From NCBI RefSeq assembly GCF_963921235.1, contig NC_086106.1, positions 33,976,001 through 34,040,000 on the forward strand: a stretch of 64,000 nucleotides of DNA, in the 5' to 3' direction. The position numbers and the translations under genes are program-made. Shown piece by piece: positions 23,931 through 37,299 of this stretch; position 1 is the first letter of the stretch; each line of letters begins with the position of its first letter. The notes under the pieces were generated by a model. That model did not search any database. It was not told the DNA's origin and saw nothing but the letters and a program-made list of their open reading frames with translations. This DNA comes from Mobula hypostoma. Its lineage: Eukaryota.

Positions 23931-26900
23931 ATAAAGCCAGCAAGGTTTCGTAACTAAAATTCCATCGCATCCTGTTGTGACCTGTTTTAAACTTCACTTC
24001 ATTCGCACATGTTATAATTTTGTGACAGAAATTATTTTAACCCTGACTTTCATAGGACAATATTTGATAATAGTTTCAATGAAAAATAAACAATCATTTT
24101 GATGAATGTATCCAAATATCAAATAGTATATTACGAAACGCATTGAAACAACAATTACAAGTGCCACTCGTTCACTTTAATTCAAATATGGTTAAAATTT
24201 ATTTAAATGTTCTTGATACATTTAAAACATCTGTTTGGAAAGTTACTGATTACATTTAGTCGACAACGATAAGCAAACAACTTGATTAATATTATTAACG
24301 TACGATTAAGGTAGAATATTTAATTAATTTGTAATATTCATAATCAAAATTAATTACACTAGTTTAATAATTTCCGGTTTTTTTTGTAACACGGTAAAAT
24401 CTCCAGAAGATTATTTGTTTGATCCTTTGCCTCAACAGACGTTGCTTGTCTGAGTTGAATCTTTACCTTATTTCCTTTACTCATCATACGGATTTAATTA
24501 GCATTGTGGTTCGGTTGTATCAATAGTCAGTGCAGCATTGAAATAAATACAGTAATTTTAAAAGAAAGTATTTGTAGGCATATGAATTTTAGACCGGAAT
24601 TTTCAATGGTTAAAAAGGCAGTCAATTAGCATTATACTGCAATCTCTTTGTTGACATTTGGCAATAATACGTCAGAGTATTATAATAATTATTATTATAA
24701 TAAGTACTCCTGTAGGAAAAAGTAAAGCTGGTTCTACTTCGGAGCACAGCATATTCATTTGTTTACAACGCACACAAAATGCTGGCAGAACTCAGCAGGC
24801 CAGGCAACATCTATGGACAAGAGTAAACAGTCGATGTTTCGGGCAAAGACCATTTATTAGGACAGGAAAGGAAGGGAAGAATTTAGAATAAGAGGCTGAG
24901 AAGAGGGGAAGAAGAAGTCCAAAATGGCTGGTGATAGGAGACACGGGGACGGGGAAGGTTTCTAGTAAAGAAGTGGGAAGTTGATTGGTGAAAGAGATAA
25001 AGGGCTGAGGAAGGGGAAATCTGATAGGAGAGGACAGAATGCCGTGGGTGAAAGGGAAAGTGAATGAGCACTAAAGGGGACTGATTGACAGGTAATTGTT
25101 TGCTTTATTTGAGGTCTTGAATATACATTATGTGACTGGGCACCATCCCATGTATTAGCGCCAGAAAAGCTTTGTAATTTATTCGGAACTGCAGACACGC
25201 AGCGTATGGAATAGCTACTCTCGTGGCAAAGTATCAATAAGCATAAACAGAAGTCGTAATCAGTATATTCCTTTGCAGAACTCCAGTCTGATAGAATCAC
25301 TTAAATGGAACAATGCAATTACTTCCAAAATCCAATAGATATCCTTTAAGTTTTGTTATCCGCCCAATTGCTTTATAATATTTCCACGTAGTTTGCGATT
25401 TATAATCACGCACCCTCCAACATGATTTTTCTTTTATAAAGGAAGGTAACTGACTAAACTGCTGAACACAGAGAATTATAATTTGCTTAATTCAGTAGCC
25501 ATTTCTTAGTGCAGAACCTTGAGTATAAACATTATTTTGAAATGCAGACAATAGAGAAGATACGAAGAGTCAGTTCGAAACAACTCCTAAGTTGTCCTTT
25601 GTCAGTGAATATGGATAGTAGGAGAGGGCGCCGCTCATAAGGTCAGACTAAACTGATAGATTTGTTGAAGTATGAAATTGGAATACCAGATTGCAAGGTG
25701 CATTTAATTCTTTCACATTTGTGGCAGATTCCAATCTTTCACTGCTGGACAATTATTTCACCACCGTTTATTTTATATTATTCAGAGGAATACACTTTTT
25801 ATTTCATTGCTTTGCAAATGTTCTGTGAAATTCCAACCAAAACCAGTCATTGACATAGCAGAATTCAGAAACAAACTGATAGGATAAAGAGAAACAAAAC
25901 TATAAATTCTCACACACAGCATCAATGCTATTATAAATGCAGCTGTCTGATGTTATCATCTACACTAGAGATTCTGCAGATACTGAAAATTCAGAGCAAC
26001 ATGCAAAATGCTAGAGGAGCTCCGCAGGTCAGGCAGCATCTATGGAGCAGAATAACGATCGACTTTACGGCCCGAGACCTTCATCAGGACGGACACCATT
26101 AGTTGGATGTCTTCATTTGACTTCGGGTCCATGCAAACAAAAGCTGAATCTGCGTCTGCGTCAGCATTCTCTACTTTACCTGTAATGATAGAACAAGAAC
26201 AGGGAATCCAGTGAACATCCGAGAGAGGTAAACAGTCAAACCGACCGAATGGATCGAAAGAGTACAGTAACAATATAAAATGTTTTAATAATTTCCTCGT
26301 AAATTCTTGGATTTATTATCAGCTAGAGGCTGCATTTTTACAGGAAAAATATTGGTCGATGGGCTCATTGCGTCTCTATGTTTCCAATCAGCATCTGATC
26401 CGTCACATGTCAAATGTGAAGGAGTTGGTGTATTTTACTGTTTCCTACTTAATCTGACAGCTGGTGCCGCGTGGTGTAATGTCTGTGACTGTTAATATTT
26501 TCTTTAACCCGCCTCAATGAACTAACACTCTAAATTACACCGTTCACAGCTTTACATATTATTTTCGTGAGCAAGAACCACTATCTGCGTTAAACACAAA
26601 GAATGAATTTTTCCTTGACATGGTTTGAACTGTTGTGTAGTTGGTCAGCACCGCTGGACGTAAAAGGAGGAATATTGCAAAACAAGGCTGTAAGTGATCA
26701 AGGTGTGTTATGGAGCACTCGGCTTCATTACACAATAGATAGATGTCGAAAAGTATAACGTGCGCCCGAAGGCACTCTTTGAATAATGCCCACATTTTTA
26801 GTCTGCATAATGAAGGACAACTTTTTTTTTTGCACTGACAATACTGCAAGCGTTTAGTAGTTTCTTCATTGGAATGAGTAACTTGCCTCACGAGCAAGAA

Positions 26901-26959
26901 TTGGAAGAATTGCAATTACACATAATGGAGTTCAGAATCATGTACGCTGATGTTTTGAA

Positions 26960-29560
26960 GCAAGTAAAATCGTATTGTAGAACATGGAATAGTACAGCAC
27001 AGTATAGGCCCTTCGGCCCACAATGTTGTGCTGACCCTCAAACCCTGCCTTCCATATAAGCCCCCACCTTAGATTCCTCCATATACCTGTCTAGTAGTCT
27101 CTTAAACTTCACTAGTGTATCTGCTTCCACCACTGACTCAGGCAGTGCATTCCACGCACCAACCACTCTCTGAGTTAAAAACTTTCCTCTAATATCCCCC
27201 TTGAACTTCCCACCCCTTACCTTAAAGCCATGTCCTCTTGTATTGAGCAGTGGTGCCCTGGGGAAGAGGCGCTGGCTGTCCACTCTATCTATTCTTCTTA
27301 TTATCTTGTACACCTCTATCATGTCTCCTCTCATCCTCCTTCTCTCCAAAGAGTAAAGCCCTAGCTCCCTTAATCTCTGATCATAATGCATACTTTCTAA
27401 ACCAGGCAGCATCCTGGTAAATCTCCTCTGTACCCTTTCCAATGCTTCCACATCCTTCTTATAGTGAGGCGACCAGAACTGGACACAGTACTCCAAGTGT
27501 GGCCTAACCAGAGTTTTATAGAGCTGCATCATTACATCGCGACTCTTAAACACTATCCCTCGACGTATGAAAGCTAACACCCCATAAGCTTTCTTAACTA
27601 ACCTATCCACCTGTGAGTCAAATTTCAGGGATCTGTGGACATGTACCCCGAGATCCCTCTACTCCTCCACACTACCAAGTATCCTGCCATTTACTTTGTA
27701 CTCTGCCTTGGAGTTTGTCCTTCCAAAGTGTACCATCTCACACTTCTCCGGGTTGAACTCCATCTGCCACTTCTCAGCCCACTTCTGCATCCTATGAATG
27801 TCTCTCTGCAATCGTTGACAATCCTCTACACTATCTACAATACTACCAACCTTTGTGTCATCTGCAAACTTGCCAACGCATCCTTCAACCCCCACATCCA
27901 GGTCGGTAATAAAAATCACGAAAAGTAGAGGTCCCAGAACAGATCCTTGTGGGACACCACGAGTCACAATCCTCCAATCTGAATGTACTCCCTCCACCAC
28001 CACCCTCTGCCTTCTGCAGGCAAGCCAATTCTGAATCCACCTGGCCAAACTTCCCTGGATCCCATGCCTTCTAACTTTCTGAATAAGCCTACCATGTGGA
28101 ACCTTGTCAAATGCCTTACTAAAATCCTTATAGATCACATCTATTGAACTGCCCTCATCTATATTCATGGTCACCTCTTCAAAGAACTCTATCAGACCTG
28201 TTAGACACGATCTGCCCTTCACAAAGCCATGCTGACTGTCCCTGATCAGACCATGATTCTCTAAATGCCTATAGATCCTATCTCTAAGACTCTTTTCCAA
28301 CAGCTTTCCCACCACAGACGTAAGGCCCACTGGTCTATAATTACCCGGACTATCCTTACTACCTTTTTTGAACAAGGAAACAACATTCGCCTCCCTCCAA
28401 CCCTCCGGTACCATTCCCGTGGACAACGAGGACATAAAGATCCTAGCCAGAGGCTCAGCAATCTCTTCTCTCGCCTCGTGGAGCAGCCTGGGGAATATTC
28501 CGTCAGGCCCCGGGGACTTATCTGTCCTAATGTATTTTAACAACCCCAACACCTCCTCTCCCTTAATATCAACATGCTCCAGAACAGCAACCTTACTCAT
28601 ATTGTCCTCACCATCATCAAGTTCCCTCTCATTGGTGAATACCGAAGAGAAGTATTCATTGAGGACCTTGCTCACTTCCACAGCCTCCAGGCACATCTTC
28701 CCACCTTTATCTCTAATCGGTCCTACCTTCACTCCTGTCATCCTTTTTTTCTTCACATAATTGAAGAATGCCTTGGGGTTTTCCTATACCCTACTCGCCA
28801 AGGCCTTCTCATGCCCCCTTCTAGCTCTTCTCAGCCCCTTCATAAGCTCCTCTCTTGCTTCCCTATATTCCTCAATAGACCCATCTGATCCTTGTTTCCT
28901 AACCCTCATGTATGTTGCCTTTTTCCACCTGACTAGATTTTCCACCTCACTTGTCACCCACCCATGGTTCCTTCACCCTACCATTCTTTATCTTCCTCAC
29001 CGGGACAAATTTATCCCTTACATGCCACAAGAGATCTCTAAACATCGACCACATGTCCATAGTACATTTCCCTGAAAAAACATCATCCCAATTCACACCC
29101 GCAAGTTCTAGCCTCATAGTCTCATAATTTGCTTTTCCCCAATTAAAAATTTTCCTGTCCTCTTTGATTCTATCCTTTTCCATGATAATTCTAAAGGCCA
29201 GGGAGCAGTGGTCACTGTCCCCCAGATGCTCACCCACTGTGACCTGACCCGGTTCATTACCTAGTACTAGATCTCGTATGGCATTCCCCCCTGGTCGGCC
29301 TGTCCACATACTGTGACAGGAATCCGTCCTGGACACACTTAACAAATTGTGCCCCATCTAAACCCTTGGAACTAATCAGGTGCCAATCAATATTAGGGAA
29401 GTTAAAGTCACCCGTGATAACAACCCTGTTATTTTTGCACCTTTCCAAAATCTGCCTCCCAATCTGCTCCTCTGTATCTCTGCTGCTACCAGGGGGCTTA
29501 CAGAATACCCCCAGTAGAGTAACTGCTCCCTTCCTGTTCCTGTGCATGATAAAGATGAAT
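26960..29560 (-). mobile_element. 5'-truncated, internally deleted CR1 LINE
   Basis: APE (GDFNFPNIDW, 29257-29577), RT ([40 protein letters not shown]; 27659-28756), 3' ORF 27038-27610 and 'agaacatggaatagtacagc' tail. Confidence 0.9.
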
Positions 29561-30159
29561 ATTGTGAAAGTTTCCACCTATGAGAGACCTGCAACAAAGA
29601 GAAATACACACAAAATGAAGTAGGAACTCAGCAGGTTGGACAGCGTCTAGGAACAGGAATAAATAACTGCCGTCCTGAACATTGACTCTACATTCCTCTC
29701 CATCAATAATGCCTGACCTACTGAGTTTCTCTAGCATTTGCTGTGTGTTGCACTGGATACCATCATAAGCAGAATCTTGTGTTTATAATCTGCAGCTAAG
29801 AGATGCATTTTCTGAATAAATAGCAATGAAGTAAAGAGAGACATGGGGAGGAATTTCGTCTCTCAAAGTGTTATGAAAACTTTCCATCGTGGACTGAAAA
29901 AAAGGTTCGAGGACTTGTTACAGAGTACAGATCATAGTGTATATTGGCGATCTCGTATTTGCACCAAATAGACTGGAAAGCCCAAATGAATCAATAATGA
30001 GATCACCTATGATCTCAATGAATGACAGTTCGGGGGTTTGATTGGTCCATTCATTTTTCTATATTGTATCTTCCTGTTTCTTTATCGTGGCAAACTTATC
30101 TGGTCGTATTCCGTTTCTGAGCCTTCTGGTGAATGTTTCAAAATACAATTCTCACAGAG

Positions 30160-30320
30160 CAAGGGCGGCTGTGGTCAAAACAACGCTTTACACTACCAGC
30201 GACCAGGGTTCAATTTCTGCCGCCATCCTGTAAGAAAATTTTACGTTCTTCACCTTGACCGTGTGGGTTTCCCTCGTGTCTCCGGTTTTCACCCACACTC
30301 TGTTTGGTCGATTAATAAAT
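30160..30320 (+). mobile_element. tRNA-derived SINE (HE1/V-SINE-like); related copies at ~31930-32230 (+), ~32570-32780 (-), ~40060-40260 (+)
   Basis: B-box-like 'gggttcaatt' followed by the central domain 'gtgggtttcc...ctccggtttt..ccacac'. Confidence 0.65.
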
Positions 30321-31019
30321 AGATAGATAGATATACATACTTTATTGATCCCGAGGGAAATTCGGTTTTGTTACAGCTGCACCAACCAAGAATAGAGCAT
30401 AAATATCGCAATACAAAACCCACAAACAATCAAACAACAGTATGCAAACTATGCCAGATGGAAATAAGTCATTGTAAATTGTTCCGTGATTTGGCCAGGC
30501 GGAGCCGCGCAGATCGATGGCTAAATTAAGTTGCTTGAACAATGTCCTGAGTTTTAGGCAACGACCCCCCTTCAAAAATAATAGGACTAAATACTAAACA
30601 TGCCAGCATTACGGTGAACAGGAAAACGCGTTCCCGTTCCCTTGGAGTACAATTGAAAGGAATGTTGGGTCGGTGATAAGACGCACAGCATCATCATTAC
30701 TGGCTGCTACGCTGAACGGAATCTGCATTGCAATGCAGAAGTAGAGGTTTTAAATAATGACAACAATGAAGCATAATGGCACAGTATCTCACTATGGAAA
30801 CGTACAAATGAAAATTATTCATTTATAAATCACGAAATGTTGGACGCACTGAGCAGGCTACGCACAGCGGCGCATAACGGGAAGAAGCTAACGTTTTGAG
30901 TCCAAAACCACTCGTCCGTACAGGGTGGAGACGAATTGTTAATGCGACAGCTAAAAGCCAATTATGCCACTTTCTCATAGGCGTTGCCAACAGTGGGGCC
31001 GTGGATTGTGCCCAGCAGG

Positions 31020-31090
31020 CTAGGCTGTGCTAATGGAGAGAGAAAATTTGAAGGAAATCACAGATGGATTACTGATAGAAGTGGTCATTT
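31020..31090 (-). CDS. Candidate stand-alone secretory-tail exon of IgNAR (KMTTSISNPSVISFKFSLSISTA*)
   Basis: Polypyrimidine acceptor 'ttcacactttcatttttcaccag|AA'; phase 1 fits the C3 donor; 23 residues to TAG; PSxxxxxxxLS pattern loosely resembles Ig tailpieces. Weak similarity, no transcript evidence. Confidence 0.3.
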
Positions 31091-33284
31091 CTGGTGAAAA
31101 ATGAAAGTGTGAACTACACGAAGCTGGATAATTTGACTTTGCAGGCGCGAGAAAAGATAGTGGAAGGCAACGGGTACAATAAGTGTACATTTTCTGACGG
31201 TGTGAAATAATGTGGTCTTTACGATCAGACAATAAGAACAGAAAATGAAGGAAGGAAAGGTATGAAAACAAAGATTGAGTTTAGAGCACAGAAACGGGCC
31301 CTTCAGCTCACTTCGCTCCGAGAGACCTACCTCTGCTCATCCAACTTAATCTCGCATTGGTGTACAGCATTCGACACCTTTTCTAGTCAAGTAATTACTG
31401 TGAGAAGGATTCCGGGAAAATTTGGAGGGATGTGGACCAGAAAATAAATTGCTAATATTTACATGTTTGAATGTAAGGTGGAAAACCTGAGGATATCAAC
31501 TTAGGAGAAATGAATAGAACGATAGCGTATTCTATGAATAGTCAGAGACTGAAAAGTGTTGGGGTTCATAGTGGTCTGCGTGTTCTTTTACGTAAAGCAT
31601 TGAATATCAAGAGCAGGTTGTTACAGTTTCTTTTAAATATTGTCTGGAACTAATGCCGTAGAAATTTCACTTTCACTTGCCACATAGATCTTCCCGCAAT
31701 AATACGTGGATAGGTTCATTTGATGAGGAGTTGTGATTAGATTTGAGCAATATACATTCATAAACAACCATCTGTCCTTATCATGGGCAGGAGTTAACAT
31801 TCAAGAAGTTGCTGAAGGGTATTTAAGAACTGCCCTGAGAATCTAATACGATGATGTCCTTGTGCCTGTATAATGATTTTCATCATTTCCTTTGGTGCAA
31901 TTTATGGCTTCAACCATTGCCAACCGACAACACAACGCCAAGGTAGCGCAGAGGTAGAGCGACGTTATTACAGGTCGGAGCGTTCTGGAGTTCGGAGTTC
32001 AATGCTGGTGCCAGTCTGCAAGTGGTCTGGAAGTTCTCCCGATGGAATGCATTGGTTTTCCCGGATGCTCCGCTTTCCTCACACAATCAAGAGACCGACC
32101 GGGTAGGTTAGTTAGTCATTGTAAATTGATTTGTGATTAGGGTAGGGTTAATTGGGGTTGTGCAGCTGCTGGGGCGGCGTCCTTCGAAAAGCCGGAATGG
32201 CCTACTCCGCGTTGTATCGCTAAATAAATGAATCGTATTTCACTGTACAATGGGATCTAATTGTCCAAATGATTGACACAACTTCCTGTAAACTACGTTC
32301 CAGTTTTCCGTAAAAACAGCTATAGTCTGAACTCCCTACAGCGTGAAATGAATAGTCCTTGTAGATATTCGTGGATGGCATTGTGCGTTGTTGTGAGATC
32401 AGGGCCGAGCATCATCAACACCATGCGAGATAAAAATAAACTGGCCATAAATGTGGATTCACTCTCCACACTGAGAGACATATCTATTTTCCTGTTCCAT
32501 CGATGATGTATCTATCTATCCATCTATCTATTTATCTATTTACTTACTTACTTATTTATAGATATATGAGATATATGCAGAATAGGCCCTTCCGGCCATT
32601 CGGGCCGCAGCGCCAGCAACCCCCGATATAACCCTGGCCTAATCACTGGTCAATTCAGAAAAACCAACAAACCTACTACCCAGTACGTCTTTAGACTGTG
32701 GAAGGAAACCGGAGTACCAGGAGGAAACCCACGAATTCCACGGGAGAATGTACAACTTCTTACTGAGAACGTTTCTCACCCAATTATTCACGCCGGTCAT
32801 GTCGGAGATTCATCACTAAAGCACCACTCTATCACTTGCGAGTTATTCGTATGCTAATTCTTATCTATTGATCATATTGTACTTGACCTTAAATAAGTCT
32901 ATTTACAGGTGTGGTTCATTGGTGTATGATCTTAGAGTATAATTAGAAACGCCAAGAATGGCTCTGTTTAGAGTGTCATTCATCAATTAATATTTATGCA
33001 CGTTCTTCCAGCTTACCCTATTGAGATCCTATTGATGAGGCATTTTAACACTATAGTTCAGTTTGTCTCCGCATGTTCAACAGAGATCCGATTATATAAC
33101 ACTAATTTTAGTTGACGCTCACATATGTTATTGTATCGGATCGTCGGAGAGGTCTGATTACTAATACAGTATTACAGTAATGATCGTTTCAATCTGCTCA
33201 TCGCCGACCTTTGTTGTATTTTTATCTCTTGACTGGATAGTAAAGCACGGAATGGATGTGAGCCTTTTGGCAAATTGTGCTTAC

Positions 33285-33602
33285 TTTTCCGGGTGCTGAT
33301 GTTTGCTTTCACAGTAGATTGTGAAGGTGGGTGCGTGACGACACAGGAGTATGTTGCGTCCTTCTTCCAATCGGCCAAAGTCAAGTAAAGGAGGCTTCTG
33401 GTGTTGAAGGTCATGTCCTGTTGAAGTGCAGTGGGGAAGCTGGTAGCGTTCGAGTAAAATGCGGCTCCGTCCTTCTGCCACAAAACGGTTATGTCATCGG
33501 GGTAGAATCCTGTTATCATACATGTGAGCGTAGCGATACCCGCAGTTTGAATCACCTCTGCAGAGGGGGGAAAGAGACGTACCCTTGGTTCCACGGCTTT
33601 GG
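33285..33602 (-). CDS. IgNAR: IgNAR constant exon C3 (318 nt)
   Basis: cttctcttgcag|CC...AAAA|gtaagc. KAVEPRVRLFPPSAE...TLTCMITGFYPD..V.WQKD...FPTALQQDMTFNTRSLL...W...YSCVVTHPPSQSTVK has C1-set Cys/Trp/Cys motifs and matches shark IgNAR C3 as I recall it. Confidence 0.93.
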
Positions 33603-35322
33603 CTGCAAGAGAAGGTCAACCCGTGTTAATCTCCAAAAACTGTCTTTCCGAAATGTGGTTGGAACGAAACGGTGCAAATACACAGCAAGAATTGTAGTAT
33701 CTGCGATGAAGGAAACAGTGTCTCTTTTTGCATTTGACAAGTTTCCTAACTATGCGCTGGTGAATTTGTTTAACGTTCCGTAGTGAGCGGTCTTAGTGTT
33801 AGTGAGCCGCTAAGGGTAATGGTGATGATAACTTTCTGTTTTGAAGTGTATCACGAGGGGCGTACCACGGTACTAAGAGCTTTGTTGTTTGTGGTATAAC
33901 GATTTGTATGTGCATATAGAAAATATCATTTCTGAGTAATGCATAAGACTAAACTTCGTGGTGTTTTGAATGGCGATGATGGGCGTCAAAAGCTGCGGCA
34001 ATACTGATCAAATACAGTGTTAGATTGTGCGGCAGCAAATGGACAAATGCGTGTCGATGCAGTTTGGGAACTGAAGAAAGGGGGTATGCAATGAATAGAA
34101 AATAGCTCATTATTAAGGAACATTTATGAACAGAGAGATATTGGGGTTTAAGTCCATAGTTACCCGAAAGTGGCAGCACCGGTAGTTGGTGTGTTGACAA
34201 AGGAACACGGCATACTTGCTTTCACAGGTCAGGATTAGCAGATGAAATTTAGGACGCTCTGCTTAAACTTTATTAAACACTAATGCACTCGATTTTGCAC
34301 TCTCGTCGCCTTGTTTTAAGGTGAATGGCATTGCGCTGGAAAGAGTGCATAAGAGATTCAACTGTATGTTAACTGGATTGGAGAACGTCAGTTATGGGGA
34401 GTAATTAGAATCGCTGGGCTTGTTTTGTTCTGAAGTGAAAGAATCTGAGTCGTGACCCGATAAAACCACGCAGAATTATCAGTGACACTGATAGGCTAAG
34501 TAGACAAGAACATTCGTATGTGTAGACTATGAAATCCAAAGACAGTATGTACTTAAGTTAAGTGGAAGGAGCTTTGGAGGGTACCTTAAGTCACTACATT
34601 TGGCAAACATTTATTCGATCACTGAAATAGGAAAGACATGGAAATATTTTTTTTTCTGTTGCTGAAAATTGGATTGAGGTAGATGTGAAACATCTTTGAA
34701 CATTGGGGTCAGACAGCCAACTGAATTTCTGTGCAGCATTTTATAACTACAACTTTTTAGAGGGGTAGTACATGGATACAACTATCAGAGTGCCTGTTGC
34801 AAGTCTCCAGAAACATTGATTTCGGTCTTGACCTGCTCTACTGGATTTTATACGGTTGTCGTGTGGCTGTGCGCGTTCTGTTTTAGGTTATCCGACTTCC
34901 GTGTCGAACAACATGCCAGTGCTAGCCACGTCGACTACCATAACTTACTCTTAATGTAGAGTAGAGTCTTCGAAGAGTTGTTGAAGCTACGAAACAATAA
35001 AATAGGTCAAAGTGGAATTCGCTGAATAGGTGCTGAAGCGGGCTTGGTTTCTGTCGACCGAAGAATCTGTTCCAATGCTGTCGGGTCCTATGACTTCAAC
35101 ATTTCATTCGAGGAAATCTTGGGTGGAACGCTATCGGTTCACCACTTGTCAGAAAACCTGTCTTCCCTTGAATAAGATAATGCATTATGACTCTAGCAGA
35201 GGGCAACCCGTTCACCATCATGCCTGTTTTCCTCTGAATACTGTTGCCTGGCATTTAGCAGTTTCTGTTCCTCTTTCTGCATCTACACTGCTTTGCATTT
35301 CAATTGTTGTTATTGCACCCAC

Positions 35323-35622
35323 CTTTTGCGTTTCGTGTCGTTTTTGATAGGGCAGGTGAATGATTGTCCTGCACCGAGCAGGAGTATTCTACCCCGCTCT
35401 CCCACTCGGCCACGCTGCTGGTCAAACGGCCGACTGTCACGTACTGACTCCCGATCTTTGCTGCTTGTTCTGTTTGAACGCCATCAGCCCTTTCCTTCCC
35501 ACCCACTGTCCAAGAGATGGAAACCTCAGCTGGAATTGTGGCGATCACTTCACACACCAGTGTGGCAGTTTTGTTTATCCACATTTCTTCAACGGTGGGA
35601 TCTCTGAGAAACAATGCGAATT
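35323..35622 (-). CDS. IgNAR: IgNAR constant exon C2 (300 nt)
   Basis: catctag|AA...AAAG|gtgggt. EFALFLRDPTVEEMWINKTATLVCEV...SW.VGGK...GVQ...RLTSSVAEWESGVEYSCS matches IgNAR C2. Confidence 0.93.
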
Positions 35623-36660
35623 CTAGATGACGTACAGTCATTGAAAGGACTCATGACGAATCTGAAGTTTAGCAAGGATCTCAATTTAGTAATAATCTGC
35701 TACACATTAAGAGCTTAAGGTGGAAATTGTTAATTTTAGATCATTCTTAAGTCGTCTTTTCGTGAACCCTTGAGTTAGATCATGACCACACACTACTCTT
35801 CTATACTGAAAAGAAAAGAAAATGGTTGAAAATGAATAACATATCGTCATTCATAGACAAGTGTGGCGAAGGATAGAGGGAGAGATACAGCCAGACATCC
35901 CAGGAAAGTGCGACAGTGATAAAACACTGGCGTGGGGAAGGGGCAATGGCTTGTTGCAGAACGGTCAATGGGATGCAGCGTGACAGAGAGATTGGCTGAG
36001 AGAGGACAGAACACAGGAAGCTAGAAGATGGGAGTGAATGTTCGATGGAAAGAAGTGCTAAATAAATATGCAGTGTTCGATCTATTTATGCAAGAATGAA
36101 GGACCAGTTTACCACAAGGTTTAACTGTCGGATAAGTCGAGTGGTTGCCTCGACTACTTTCTTCCTTTCATTTATTTATTTTCCAAAACTTTCATCATTG
36201 CATGCTGATACCAGCTACAGATATAACACACCAGTAAAAATTAATGAGCTGTTAAATTTGAAAGTTCAAGATGATCACGGAAGATTTTTTTTTACCGCTG
36301 CTTTCATGTGCTTATGTTTTAAGATGTCCGGATTCCTTAGAATCATTTCAGATATACAAATTCTATTCTGTGCATCAACATGATCAGAAATCAATATTCA
36401 CTGAAGCGCCATGACGTCTTCTGACTGCACTTCGCAATATTCCTTGTAATTCTTACCTCTGATATTTAATGTTTGCTGCCTAAACATTCCGACTCACACT
36501 CCTATCTGTCCCTTACCCGAACTTGATACTGGCACGCCTCTTAGTCTTTAGTAGCCTGGTTATTTTAAAATCTTGTCTGTAGATGATTACAGCCCACCAA
36601 ATGAAATACTGAGGACGAAAGTGGAAATACTGCACCTATGGACTGGGAACTGCTACTTAC

Positions 36661-36981
36661 CTGAGTCAGCTCGTATTTCTTTGCGGAAGTTGCTGCTGGT
36701 TGCAGAGTGGGATACTTGGCACGAGTACACAGCACCACTGGCCCATTCGTTCACAGGCACTTTGAGCACACTTGCTGAGGTAAACGTTTCGCTTGAGCTT
36801 TCAGTGGAAGAAGTGGTGGTAAAGCCGGACTGTACGGTTTGTCCGTTTTTCTGCCAGGTCACTGCGATGTTTTCAGGTAGGTATTCGCTCATGAGACAAA
36901 TCAATTCCACAAAACCCTGTGCTTTTTGTTCTGCAGTTGCAGAATAGACAAGATTGATGTTTGGTGGGGTCGGTTGTTTTG
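36661..36981 (-). CDS. IgNAR: IgNAR constant exon C1 (321 nt)
   Basis: tttgttaattttag|CA...TCAG|gtaagt. KQPTPPNINLVYSATAEQKAQGFVELICLMSEYLPENIAVTWQKN...YSCQVSHSATSSNFRKEIR matches IgNAR C1. Confidence 0.95.
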
Positions 36982-37299
36982 CTAAAATTAACAAAAACAG
37001 AAGTCTTTGAAATGATTGGATCAATTTTACGTTGTTCTTCTGACAGCTTGTAAGGCATAAGACAACTACAATATTCCTTGCATCATAAGAATCTCTACAT
37101 GTCAAGAGCTACGTTAGCGCTTCTAAGACCTTTCGGCTGAAGGGATGACTGAAGCTGAGATATTTCCTTCAGTATAATTGTATCAGAGCTTACAGTGATT
37201 TGTTTTTTTATACCTTGAATGGTACTTTGAAATTTCGCCTAATTACTCTTCGTCTTATCCATGCTGTCGTTGGCCGTAAGAATTCATTAGAGGAGAGAG

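Noticed and set aside
24962-25300. ORF with SDWSSAKEYT resembling an Ig E-F strand motif or TM exon
   Set aside because: Lacks the YxC cysteine, the upstream Trp/Cys framework and a continuous hydrophobic segment.
30246-30260. cttcaccttgac (VKVK-like on the minus strand) as an Ig cytoplasmic tail
   Set aside because: Lies inside a SINE.
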